DNA of 64,000 nt, from contig OY775910.1 of NCBI GenBank assembly GCA_963675245.1, forward strand, positions 320,001 through 384,000, written 5' to 3'. The notes under the pieces were generated by a model that had not been told where the DNA came from, did no database searches, and saw only the letters and a list, made by a program, of their open reading frames with translations. Source of the stretch: Acholeplasmataceae bacterium (GTDB taxonomy: Bacteria > Bacillota_I > Bacilli_A > Acholeplasmatales > Acholeplasmataceae). The translations under genes were made by a program, and so were the position numbers. Of the stretch, positions 29,624 through 39,152 are shown one piece after another; within the stretch, counting starts at the first letter, position 1; the number at the start of each line of letters is the position of its first letter.

Positions 29624-30556
29624 TTTATTTAATTGAAGTTCATCGATTGCACCATAAAAGAAACAATATCCCATCACCATCACATGTTGCGTTGTATCAA
29701 AATCGACTCTTTTAGCCTGATTGTCATCAATTAAAAGACTAACAAAATTGATACGATGAAATGAATATCCTTCTTCTTCATCGATGATTGATTCATATAA
29801 GATGTCAATATAAATGTAATCATCTCCGTAAATAACATCATATAGATCTGAATCTAAGTAATCTCTACCTTCTGCACGTAGATAGTCGAATTGATAATTT
29901 GACTCTTCTATTTCCACTTTTAATCTTACAATCAACGAATCACCTGCAGATACAGGAACCGTATAATAGGTTTCAACAGGTGCTGGACTATTGATTATCT
30001 GAGGTGATTCATAATGGTTTAATGGATTTATCTCAAAATAATCCATAATGCTATAATCATCCATATATATGCCTGATATCTCAACATAATCAGATGTGTA
30101 AACTTTAATTTCTGTGATTGCGCCATAATATGGTTGTGCAAAAGTACTCGCAATGAGAGCACCTAATCCACTGACCACCCACCACAATGCTGTGTAAATG
30201 AAATTTTGTGAGAATATCCAATTCAGTGCTAATACGACTGCGAGACTTGCTGAATTACATGCCAAAGATAGGGTGAATGACTTTTTGTAATTCTTTAAAA
30301 CGATGTTATAAGCGAGCGCTTCAACGATAAATACCAACACTTCTAAAATGCCTAACCATAAGTAATAGCGATCATGAAACACTAGTCTCAAGAGTAAATT
30401 CATCGTTAGATTGGTTGCGAAATTCACAAGTATAGCTACAACAATGACTTTATTAGATTTTAGTTTAAACATGTATATAACAAGAAGCTCAATCGCGATA
30501 GTTAAAAAAAGTGCGAAACTTAATCCTATTATGACATCTATAAAATCAATTAGCAT
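29609..30556 (-). CDS. Hypothetical membrane protein with an acidic C-terminal soluble domain
   Basis: About 5 N-terminal hydrophobic segments, then a Tyr/Asp-rich domain. Confidence 0.75.
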   Translation of the reverse strand: MLIDFIDVIIGLSFALFLTIAIELLVIYMFKLKSNKVIVVAILVNFATNLTMNLLLRLVFHDRYYLWLGILEVLVFIVEALAYNIVLKNYKKSFTLSLACNSASLAVVLALNWIFSQNFIYTALWWVVSGLGALIASTFAQPYYGAITEIKVYTSDYVEISGIYMDDYSIMDYFEINPLNHYESPQIINSPAPVETYYTVPVSAGDSLIVRLKVEIEESNYQFDYLRAEGRDYLDSDLYDVIYGDDYIYIDILYESIIDEEEGYSFHRINFVSLLIDDNQAKRVDFDTTQHVMVMGYCFFYGAIDELQLNKNENI

Positions 30557-30566
30557 AAAAATTTCC

Positions 30567-31100
30567 TCAATCGTAAGTCGTCAAATCAAGATCAATTGTA
30601 TTTGTCGTAGCTTGTTCACCATCATATATAATAATATGTAATATATCTCCCTCAAGTTGGTAATCAACCTCATATATAGCCGTTTCTGTTGCTGTACTTG
30701 ATATTTTTCTTGAATATAAGAAATTTTCTTTTAAATAAACCGTTGATATCCCACTTTCACCAAAGCCTGTTCCTATTAAGTACACTTTATGATGATCATT
30801 TTCCAATGATCTCATACCATGAAAACCAAAAATATTGATAATCAGCAACACAAACATTAATGAAATACCTAAGAGTAAAGTCATCGTTTTAGATGCTTTA
30901 CCCTTCATTGATGTTGTCACATACACCAATACAGATATGACAAATAATGTTAATATGATGATAATTTCATCCCATCTTGTCCAAAACTCGTAATTTAAAG
31001 AAATATTCGGGAGAATAGATTTTAAACCATATAAAATAAAAAACAATAATCCAAAAATGATTGTCAAGATTAAAGAGATTTTTTTAACTTTGTTTTTCAT
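30567..31100 (-). CDS. Hypothetical membrane protein
   Basis: 3 TM segments followed by a soluble tail. Confidence 0.75.
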   Translation of the reverse strand: MKNKVKKISLILTIIFGLLFFILYGLKSILPNISLNYEFWTRWDEIIIILTLFVISVLVYVTTSMKGKASKTMTLLLGISLMFVLLIINIFGFHGMRSLENDHHKVYLIGTGFGESGISTVYLKENFLYSRKISSTATETAIYEVDYQLEGDILHIIIYDGEQATTNTIDLDLTTYD

Positions 31101-31188
31101 ATTTTCCCCACTTTGAATAAAGATTAGTTGCTATGATTTTACATGAAACATAAAGAAAAAGCAATGCTCGATTGCTTTTCATTTTGTA

Positions 31189-31419
31189 CTACTTTAATAA
31201 TTTTTCAATTGCTTTAACACTTGGAACCTGACCACTTGAGACAACTTTTTCATCCACGACTAATCCAGGTGTTCTCATAATGCCATAAGCTAAGATATCT
31301 TCATAGTCTGTTACTTTTGTAATCGTTGCTTCAATTTTTAAGTTACTTGCAGCTTCTTTTGCGTTTTCAGCGAGTTTGATGCAGTTTCTGCATCCCGATC
31401 CTAAAATTTTAATTTCCAT
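31189..31419 (-). CDS. Small thioredoxin-like redox-active disulfide protein
   Basis: IKILGSGCRNC...YGIMRTPGLVVD. Confidence 0.93.
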   Translation of the reverse strand: MEIKILGSGCRNCIKLAENAKEAASNLKIEATITKVTDYEDILAYGIMRTPGLVVDEKVVSSGQVPSVKAIEKLLK

Positions 31420-31435
31420 TTCTTTTCTCCTTTTA

Positions 31436-32455
31436 CTAAGTTAATAAATATCCGAATGCATTAAATGCATAACCTGTCAAGATAATTCCAATCACAACAA
31501 TCCCAATAAATGTCAAGAGCAGCTTTGTTTTAACCACTCTTTTTAATAACATGATTGATGGTAAGCTTAATGCTGTCACTGCCATCATGAATGCGAGTAC
31601 TGTACCAATACCGACACCTTTTAATACAAGTGCTTCTGCAATAGGTAACGTACCAAAGATATCCGCATACATTGGGACACCTGCAAATGTTGCGATTATC
31701 ACTGAGAATGGGTTGTTTTCTCCAAGCACCGTTTCAATCCACGTTTGTGGAATATAACCATGAATGATTGCACCTATACCGACACCAATCAATATATATA
31801 TCCAAACTTTTTTGATAATGTTAATGACTTCACCAACTGCGTATTTGTGTCGTTCTTTTTTAGTTTGCTCCAAAATCACGTTACATGATTCATCGCTTTT
31901 CGCAGAAACAAAATCTTCTATATATTTATCCATTTTAAATAAATCAATGAGAGTTCCGCCAATGACCGCAACCACTAAACCAAACACGACATACGCGAGT
32001 GCCACTGGCCATCCAAAGATACTTGCGAGTAATATGACTGAAGCTAAGTCAACAAGTGGTGATGAAATCAAAAACGAAAACGTCACACCAACCGGTAATC
32101 CTGCTCTCGTAAATCCAATAAAAATTGGGATAGATGAGCATGAACAAAATGGTGTAACCGTCCCTAACAATGCACCAATGATGTTGCCAGGAATCCCTTT
32201 AAACTTTGTTAAGATCTGTTTTGTTCGTTCAGGTGTAAAGTATGTTTGAATATATGACGATATATAAATTAAAACTGATAGTAAGATAAAAATCTTAACA
32301 ACATCATAAAAGAAAAATGATAGGCTCTTAAATAAATATGATGTTTCATCAATGTTAAATCCGTTAATAAGCAGCTTATTAACGAGCCACTCTAGCCATG
32401 TCATCTTCAATAAGGCATCGTTTAACCATATGAAAATATCACTTATAATTTGCAT
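31436..32455 (-). CDS. ArsP/DUF318-family permease
   Basis: TPFCSCSSIP, FLISSPLVD, GVPMY, SLPS. Confidence 0.92.
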   Translation of the reverse strand: MQIISDIFIWLNDALLKMTWLEWLVNKLLINGFNIDETSYLFKSLSFFFYDVVKIFILLSVLIYISSYIQTYFTPERTKQILTKFKGIPGNIIGALLGTVTPFCSCSSIPIFIGFTRAGLPVGVTFSFLISSPLVDLASVILLASIFGWPVALAYVVFGLVVAVIGGTLIDLFKMDKYIEDFVSAKSDESCNVILEQTKKERHKYAVGEVINIIKKVWIYILIGVGIGAIIHGYIPQTWIETVLGENNPFSVIIATFAGVPMYADIFGTLPIAEALVLKGVGIGTVLAFMMAVTALSLPSIMLLKRVVKTKLLLTFIGIVVIGIILTGYAFNAFGYLLT

Positions 32456-32736
32456 CCTCTATCCTCGGTTCTAAAATCTTTTAATGTTTGAAGAAATGCA
32501 ATCATTTCATCTAGTTTATCTTTATCTATACGATATTTAATCCAATTGCCATCACGATGTGATGTTGCAATACCTGCTTTTTCAATTTGTTTTAAATGGT
32601 ATGATAACGTTGGCTGAGAGATTGGCAATTTGTCAATCATCGTACAACTACATGATTCGCCTGCTATCAACAACTTAATAACATCTAATCTAACCGGATC
32701 AGAAAAGACTTTAAAATATGCAGCAAACTTTTCCAT
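32443..32736 (-). CDS. ArsR/SmtB family repressor
   Basis: FKVFSDPVRL, ESCSC, SQPTLSYHLK; start set by the GGAGG SD. Confidence 0.93.
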   Translation of the reverse strand: MEKFAAYFKVFSDPVRLDVIKLLIAGESCSCTMIDKLPISQPTLSYHLKQIEKAGIATSHRDGNWIKYRIDKDKLDEMIAFLQTLKDFRTEDRGCKL

Positions 32737-32749
32737 ATATCCTCCATCT

Positions 32750-32769
32750 ATATAGATAAACATCTATAT
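32750..32769. promoter_or_regulatory. ArsR-type operator
   Basis: Inverted repeat ATATAGAT-AAAC-ATCTATAT just upstream of the SD. Confidence 0.7.
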
Positions 32770-32860
32770 TTATATCTATCAATATTATAGCACGACGCAA
32801 TACATAAAAAAAGATTTTTTGTCTATTATAATAAAAAAAACCTATAATCAACAGGTTTTT

Positions 32861-34126
32861 TTAAGATTTCCAAGTACTCTTTTGTAATTTTTCATAATTA
32901 TCAATCGATTGAATAAGCTTCACCGCAGGATCAAACCCACGATTTGCAGCTTGTTGCCAAAGCTCTCTAGCCTTTTGTTCATCTTTTTCAACGAGTCTAC
33001 CTTCATAATAAATCATTCCTAGATTATAAAGTGCATTAGGCATACCATTATTAGCTGCTTTTTCATACCAATATATAGATTGCTCTACATTGATTTCAAC
33101 ACCATCACCCTTTTGATACATCACCGCTAAATTATATGCCGCATTCGGATGGTCTTGCTTTGCTGCTTTTGTTAATAATTCATGGATGGTGTTCCAATCT
33201 TTATCATCTAATTTAATCAAAATCATCGCTAAATGATAAAGTGCATCGCGATCATCTTTAACTGCTGCTTTCTCATACCATTTGATCGCTTCTGAAATAT
33301 TTTGTTCCACACCTTTTCCGTTTTGATAATATAAACCAACGTAATAAGCCGCTTCCGTGTGTCCTTGTTTCGCTGCTACCATAAACCATTCAAATGCTTT
33401 TGACGGGTGCTTAGGATCTTTCTCATCCAACACTTTAGCTAATGTATAAGCAGCTAGTGCATATTGTTGGCTTGCTGCACGTTCTAGATAGAATTCTGCT
33501 TGTTTATACTGCTCGAGTTCAATCGCCCAGATACCTAATGCGTAAAGTGCATATGGATGATCTTGTTTGGCAGCTTGTTCATAATAAATGCGTGCTTGCT
33601 CTTGCGAATTGCTTGTACCTTCTCCAATTGTTTCATAAATCATACCAAGCATATATTGTGAATCACTATATCCTAGTTCAGCAGCTTTTTTAAACCAATC
33701 TATGGCTGTAAAAATATACCGTTGAACATAAAAACCATAATAATAATATGTGCCAAGTATATGCGTTGAAACAGGATCTCCCATTTCAGCTTCTAATTTA
33801 ATAAATTGATAACTTTGATGGAATAGTTCTTTTGACTTTTCATCATTTCTAATGGCACCATGACCTGTGTGATAAGCAAGTCCCATCGCGTAACCACATT
33901 TATAAGAGCCTAGATTATGTCCTTTAATATAATATGACCAAGCTTTATCTTGATCAAGAGAAACGCCATCACCTAATCCATAAAAGCGACCTAAAAAATA
34001 ATAAGCGTCTGGGAAATCTTGTTCCGCAGCTTTTTCAAAATGTTGTATTGCTAATAAGGTGTTTTTTTTAGGTGTGTTTAACGTGTAATATGTTAATGCT
34101 GTTTCGTAATGTTTTTGTCCGTTCAT
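32861..34126 (-). CDS. Sel1-like repeat protein
   Basis: About 10 repeats of A.y.LG..Y..G.GV......A..WY.KAA. Confidence 0.93.
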   Translation of the reverse strand: MNGQKHYETALTYYTLNTPKKNTLLAIQHFEKAAEQDFPDAYYFLGRFYGLGDGVSLDQDKAWSYYIKGHNLGSYKCGYAMGLAYHTGHGAIRNDEKSKELFHQSYQFIKLEAEMGDPVSTHILGTYYYYGFYVQRYIFTAIDWFKKAAELGYSDSQYMLGMIYETIGEGTSNSQEQARIYYEQAAKQDHPYALYALGIWAIELEQYKQAEFYLERAASQQYALAAYTLAKVLDEKDPKHPSKAFEWFMVAAKQGHTEAAYYVGLYYQNGKGVEQNISEAIKWYEKAAVKDDRDALYHLAMILIKLDDKDWNTIHELLTKAAKQDHPNAAYNLAVMYQKGDGVEINVEQSIYWYEKAANNGMPNALYNLGMIYYEGRLVEKDEQKARELWQQAANRGFDPAVKLIQSIDNYEKLQKSTWKS

Positions 34127-34194
34127 TCATTCATCAACTCCATATTTATGATAACATATTAGCACATTTTTTTCTCTTTGAGCGCATATAAAAC

Positions 34195-34216
34195 AAAAAG
34201 ACCCGAAGGTCTTTTT
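34195..34216. terminator. Terminator
   Basis: AAAAAGACC-CGAA-GGTCTTTTT (UUCG loop on the minus strand). Confidence 0.8.
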
Positions 34217-34220
34217 CATA

Positions 34221-34649
34221 TTAAATATCTGCAAATATACGATCAACTTGATGTTCATCACCAAATGAAAATTTATATTTATTATATGTCTTTTCATCAG
34301 GTGGAAATAATTGTAGTTCTATCAGCTTATGAATGATGTTAAACATCTCTGACATCACAATATCAATGTTTCTATTATTGATCGGAGATTGTATGCAAAT
34401 CGTGTCGTTTTTGACATCCAAACTTACAATCTTTAATATCATCTTTTTATAAAAAACTGAGTTGAAAATGCGTTGTTGCTCCAACAAACTAATCCCACGG
34501 TTCACCATAAAAATAATACACGGTTTCTTATGAAAACCTTGTTTATCTTTTTTGGAAATAAATTGCACGCGATAGCCGTCTATGGTTTTTTCATATAAGC
34601 CATCTCTAATATGCATGTTTAATAAGATTGCTTGATCTTTAAATCTCAT
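34221..34649 (-). CDS. Hypothetical protein
   Basis: ORF with a G-rich SD and a terminator; no recognised motif. Confidence 0.65.
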   Translation of the reverse strand: MRFKDQAILLNMHIRDGLYEKTIDGYRVQFISKKDKQGFHKKPCIIFMVNRGISLLEQQRIFNSVFYKKMILKIVSLDVKNDTICIQSPINNRNIDIVMSEMFNIIHKLIELQLFPPDEKTYNKYKFSFGDEHQVDRIFADI

Positions 34650-34721
34650 TGTCCCCCACCTCATAATGCCTTTACATATATTATACAATGAACATGTAAA
34701 AACGAGAAGAAAAACACCGTT

Positions 34722-35336
34722 TCATAAGATATCATGCAGTATATCAAGATAAATTGCATAACCTTTATCATTCAGATGAATGCCATCTGTCGTGAATTGT
34801 GGGTCAAGTTCATGATGATCATCGAGTAGTGGATGATATAAATCGATATAGTTAATGCCTTCAATTTTCTTTAATAGTTGATTTACATCAATCGAAAATT
34901 GTGGGTCTCGATCAATGACATATGTTCCATGTGGAAAATACGTCTGATTAATAGGTGTTAAACTGATCAAGTTGATGCTCACATGTCCTAAATTACGTTT
35001 CAAGGTAGACACAATTTCACTCATATGCTGCGCAGTTTTTTGAGCCGTATGCGTTAATAACACTTCATCGTTTAGTCCTACATGAAGTAAAACTTGTTTT
35101 GGTTTTAATCTCATTACTTGATCAAGTCGATCCATCACACCATTTGTCGTATCACCTGGGATGCCAAAATTGACAATTTTATCTTCTAGATCATATGTTT
35201 TTAAAGGAAAATACGCGACAAGTGAATCCCCAACAAATATGATATCTTTAGGTGATTCTAATGCTGAAAATCTTCTAACATGACGTTGATAATCCGCTTT
35301 AATAATCGCTTTCAGGGTGGTTAAATCCCTTTTCAT
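34722..35336 (-). CDS. SGNH/GDSL hydrolase
   Basis: FVGDSL, GIPGDT, GLND, DGIH. Confidence 0.92.
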   Translation of the reverse strand: MKRDLTTLKAIIKADYQRHVRRFSALESPKDIIFVGDSLVAYFPLKTYDLEDKIVNFGIPGDTTNGVMDRLDQVMRLKPKQVLLHVGLNDEVLLTHTAQKTAQHMSEIVSTLKRNLGHVSINLISLTPINQTYFPHGTYVIDRDPQFSIDVNQLLKKIEGINYIDLYHPLLDDHHELDPQFTTDGIHLNDKGYAIYLDILHDIL

Positions 35337-37291
35337 TTCATATCCGCCTTCAATTCAAAAATTAAGTCTCTAAGTTCGGCAGCACGTTCGAAATCAAGTC
35401 GTTTAGCTGCTTCACCCATCTCATGTTCAAATTCTTCAATGATTCTTTGACGATCTTTATTGTCAAGTTTCCTATATGTTGTTTCTTCTTCAATGACTTC
35501 AGATTTCATACTGATTTGATCTCTGATGTCTTTCGTCACAGTAACCGGTATAACGTTGTTTTCTTCATTGAATGTAAGCTGTTTTTGACGTCTTCGATTG
35601 GTTTCATCAATTGCGTATTGCATGGCTGATGAGATACTATCAGCATACATAATCACTTGACCATGCACGTTTCTCGCTGCGCGACCTATCGTTTGGACCA
35701 AACTTCTTTCGCTTCTTAAGAACCCTTGTTTATCGGCATCTAGAATCGCGACTAAAGAGACTTCTGGTAAATCTAAACCTTCTCTTAATAGATTAATCCC
35801 AATTAAACAATCATATTTACCTAGTCTTAAATCTCTTAAAATCGTAATACGCTCTAATGATTTAATTTCACTGTGAAGATAAGCTACTTTTAACCCTAAC
35901 TTCTTAAAATAACCCGTTAACTCTTCACTCATGCGAATCGTTAAGGTTGTGACTAAGACACGTTCGTTATTTTCTGCTCTTTTCTTGATTTCAAAGTATA
36001 AGTCATCCATTTGACCGTTTGATGGTCTGATTTCAATTTCCGGATCCAGTAAGAACGTTGGTCTAATAATCTGCTCAACGACAGGAATATGTTTATTCAT
36101 TTCATAATCGCCAGGAGTTGCAGATAAATAAATGACTTTATCTAATTTTTCTTCAAATTCGTCAAATTGTAATGGACGATTGTCTAAAGCTGAAGGCAAT
36201 CTAAAACCGTGATCAACTAATGTTTGTTTTCTTGATCTATCACCCCGATACATACCTCTAACTTGTGGTATCGTTACATGTGATTCATCAATGATCATTA
36301 AGAAATCTTTACCAAAAAAGTCAATAAGGGTTGCTGGTGTTTCTCCCGCTTCTCTTAATGATAAGTGTCTTGAATAGTTTTCAATACCTGATACAATGCC
36401 GATTTCTTCTAGCATTTCAATGTCGTATTTTGTACGTTGTTCAATACGCTGTGCTTCTAATAATAAATCATTAGACTTGAAATAAGCGATTTGTTCAGCT
36501 AATTCATTTTTAATACGTCTAATCGATTCATGAAGTTTATCCTTATCTGTAACGAAATGCGTCGCAGGAAATATGGATATATAATCTAAATCTTGCAGTG
36601 CTTTTCCACTGACAACATCAAATGTTCTAATTGTTTCAATCTCATCACCAAAAAAAGATACTCTCACACCATGGGCATGTTCATAAGAGGGAATAATTTC
36701 CACAGAATCACCACGCACTCTAAACGTCCCACGGTGAAAATCAATATCGTTTCTTTCAAATGTCAATTCAACGAGTTTATTGATGAGATTATCTCTACCA
36801 TAAGCTTCATCTCTTTTGATAAAAAGCATCGCGTCTTGATAAGTTTCAGGATCCCCTATCCCATAGATACACGAAACAGACGCGACAACAATCACGTCTT
36901 CTGCTCCCAGCAATGCTGCTGTCGCGCTATGTCTCATTTCATCAATTTCATCATTGATGGATGAATCTTTTTCTATATATGTATCAGACTTTACAACATA
37001 AGCTTCTGGCTGATAATAATCGTAATAAGAAATAAAATATTCAACGCGGTTATTCGGAAAGAATGACTTTAACTCACCATATAATTGACCCGCTAACGTC
37101 TTATTAGGTGCTAAAATTAATGTTTTCTTTTGAATACTTTGGATAATATTAGCAATCGTAAATGTTTTACCTGTACCTGTCGCACCTAATAACACTTGTT
37201 CACGTTTGCCCTCAATAAAATGATTCTTTAATGTCTCAATCGCTTTTATTTGGTCACCTTTAGGTGTATAGGGAGATTTTAAATCAAACAT
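35333..37291 (-). CDS. uvrB: Excinuclease ABC subunit B
   Basis: [31 protein letters not shown]-terminal UVR motif. Confidence 0.98.
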   Translation of the reverse strand: MFDLKSPYTPKGDQIKAIETLKNHFIEGKREQVLLGATGTGKTFTIANIIQSIQKKTLILAPNKTLAGQLYGELKSFFPNNRVEYFISYYDYYQPEAYVVKSDTYIEKDSSINDEIDEMRHSATAALLGAEDVIVVASVSCIYGIGDPETYQDAMLFIKRDEAYGRDNLINKLVELTFERNDIDFHRGTFRVRGDSVEIIPSYEHAHGVRVSFFGDEIETIRTFDVVSGKALQDLDYISIFPATHFVTDKDKLHESIRRIKNELAEQIAYFKSNDLLLEAQRIEQRTKYDIEMLEEIGIVSGIENYSRHLSLREAGETPATLIDFFGKDFLMIIDESHVTIPQVRGMYRGDRSRKQTLVDHGFRLPSALDNRPLQFDEFEEKLDKVIYLSATPGDYEMNKHIPVVEQIIRPTFLLDPEIEIRPSNGQMDDLYFEIKKRAENNERVLVTTLTIRMSEELTGYFKKLGLKVAYLHSEIKSLERITILRDLRLGKYDCLIGINLLREGLDLPEVSLVAILDADKQGFLRSERSLVQTIGRAARNVHGQVIMYADSISSAMQYAIDETNRRRQKQLTFNEENNVIPVTVTKDIRDQISMKSEVIEEETTYRKLDNKDRQRIIEEFEHEMGEAAKRLDFERAAELRDLIFELKADMK

Positions 37292-37300
37292 GTTGACCTC

Positions 37301-39007
37301 CTAGGTGTCGCGATCGGTCTCCTTAGACTTTGGCATCGCTTCTGTTTGTGGAATATAAAGTGGCTCAATCACTGATTGAGCAATATTCAACAAATGGTCT
37401 GCCATACGTTCGATATTCGATAAAATATCGACGAAGTTTTCAGCTAATGAGAACGTCACTTGTCCAGCTTTCAAGCGTTCAATATGACGATAACGATATA
37501 TTTCTTCATATTTATCAACAACGTCTTCATTGTGAACGACACGATAAGCTATTTCTGGATCATTCTTTTCAAAACTAAATAATGTATCATTAATCATTTC
37601 TTCGATCACATTAAATAAATTTTCTAGCTCTTCTTTTCCTTCGTCACTTAAAGATTGTCCCTCTTTATAACGATCTTGGAAGAAATCAAGAATATTTGTT
37701 AAGTGATCACCGACACGTTCAAAGTCTTTGATTGTGTCAAGGTCTCTTGAAAGTTTTTTAGAGTCATTCGCTTCTAAACCGCTTTGTGCAATTTTAATTA
37801 AATAGTCATGTAATCTGATATCATATTGATCAATCAATTCTTCATGTTCATAGCCTTCACGAACAAGATCTGCTTGGTCCTTAGTGGCATAACTTCTAAC
37901 AATATGGAAATAGTCTTTAACGACTGATCCCATATACAGTATACCTTTTTTAACAAATTCAAGGGCGAGATTTGGTGATTGATAGATGATTTTTTCATCG
38001 AAAATATCTTCCGGTATCGCATTTTTCTTTTTATCCTTAACAACAATTTTCGATAACCATATCATTTGCTTAATGAACCAATACATCACAAACGTCATAG
38101 CGATATTTTGGAAAGCATGTGCAAACGCAATCGTATACATCGAATATGGTGTTAAGAATCGATCTTCAAACCATTGAATCATCGCTTCATAAGGAATAAG
38201 AATAATTAAGAATACAACAGCACTTATAATATTGAATAATATATGAATAAACGATGCTCGTTTACTTTCTGTATTACCACCAATAGAGGCTAAGAATGCA
38301 GTAATCGTGGTCCCGATATTTGCACCAAGTAAAATAGGTACTGCGCCTTGTAATGTGATTGATGCAACCCCGCTTGCATTAATATTATATAGTGTTTCTA
38401 AAATACCAATCGCTGCTGAAGACGATTGGATGATCATCGTAAAGACAGTTCCGAATGTGGTACCTAAAAACCAATTTCTTGAGAACGTTTCAAACATGCC
38501 TTCTGCGACATTTGTTTGAGAAAATGTTTTTAATTCAGCTCCCATGATTTGTAATCCATAAAATAACATACCAAGGCCTAAAATGACACCACCGATTTGT
38601 TTAATTTTACGCTTACTAACAAATTGCATAACGACACCAACAGCAATAAAATATAATCCCCATTTAGCAATTGGTAATGCGATAATGAACGCCGTAACCG
38701 TCGTTCCAATATTCGCACCCATAATGACACCTACACTTTGAGGTAATGTCATTAATCCTGCTCGTAATAAGCCAATCATTAACGCCGTCGTTCCTGAAGA
38801 TGATTGTATTAGTGCAGTCATCAACACGCCCACTAAAATACCCTTTAATGGTGTGTTTGTTGTTTTTTCAATAACAAGTTTCAAGCGACTTCCTGCGACA
38901 GATTTTAAGGATTCACTCATAAGATTAATACCAAAAAGAAATAAAGCGAGACCCCCAAAAATGTACATTAGCTGATCAGCGAATGTTGAAGCGGCTAATA
39001 TGGTCAT
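37301..39007 (-). CDS. Na+/Pi cotransporter with C-terminal PhoU-like domain
   Basis: Two QSSS and two GANIGTT motifs; ERVGDH and ERMADH. Confidence 0.95.
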   Translation of the reverse strand: MTILAASTFADQLMYIFGGLALFLFGINLMSESLKSVAGSRLKLVIEKTTNTPLKGILVGVLMTALIQSSSGTTALMIGLLRAGLMTLPQSVGVIMGANIGTTVTAFIIALPIAKWGLYFIAVGVVMQFVSKRKIKQIGGVILGLGMLFYGLQIMGAELKTFSQTNVAEGMFETFSRNWFLGTTFGTVFTMIIQSSSAAIGILETLYNINASGVASITLQGAVPILLGANIGTTITAFLASIGGNTESKRASFIHILFNIISAVVFLIILIPYEAMIQWFEDRFLTPYSMYTIAFAHAFQNIAMTFVMYWFIKQMIWLSKIVVKDKKKNAIPEDIFDEKIIYQSPNLALEFVKKGILYMGSVVKDYFHIVRSYATKDQADLVREGYEHEELIDQYDIRLHDYLIKIAQSGLEANDSKKLSRDLDTIKDFERVGDHLTNILDFFQDRYKEGQSLSDEGKEELENLFNVIEEMINDTLFSFEKNDPEIAYRVVHNEDVVDKYEEIYRYRHIERLKAGQVTFSLAENFVDILSNIERMADHLLNIAQSVIEPLYIPQTEAMPKSKETDRDT

Positions 39008-39110
39008 AACAATCCTCCTAAAAACGTACTAACTCAATTTTACCTTAAAAGACTCTCAATTTAAACCTTTTGTGTAAATATTTTTTGCATTGTTTGTTTT
39101 TATAAAAACA

Positions 39111-39142
39111 AAAAAAGAGTTCCGCTTTGGACGGAACCCTTT
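39111..39142 (-). terminator. Terminator of pfkA-ppdK
   Basis: AAGGGTTCCG-7-CGGAACTCTT followed by a U-run. Confidence 0.8.
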
Positions 39143-39152
39143 ACTGTACGAT

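Noticed and set aside
31189..32769. ArsR-permease-thioredoxin module as a mobile element or new system
   Set aside because: A widespread known module; no transposase, integrase or flanking repeats seen
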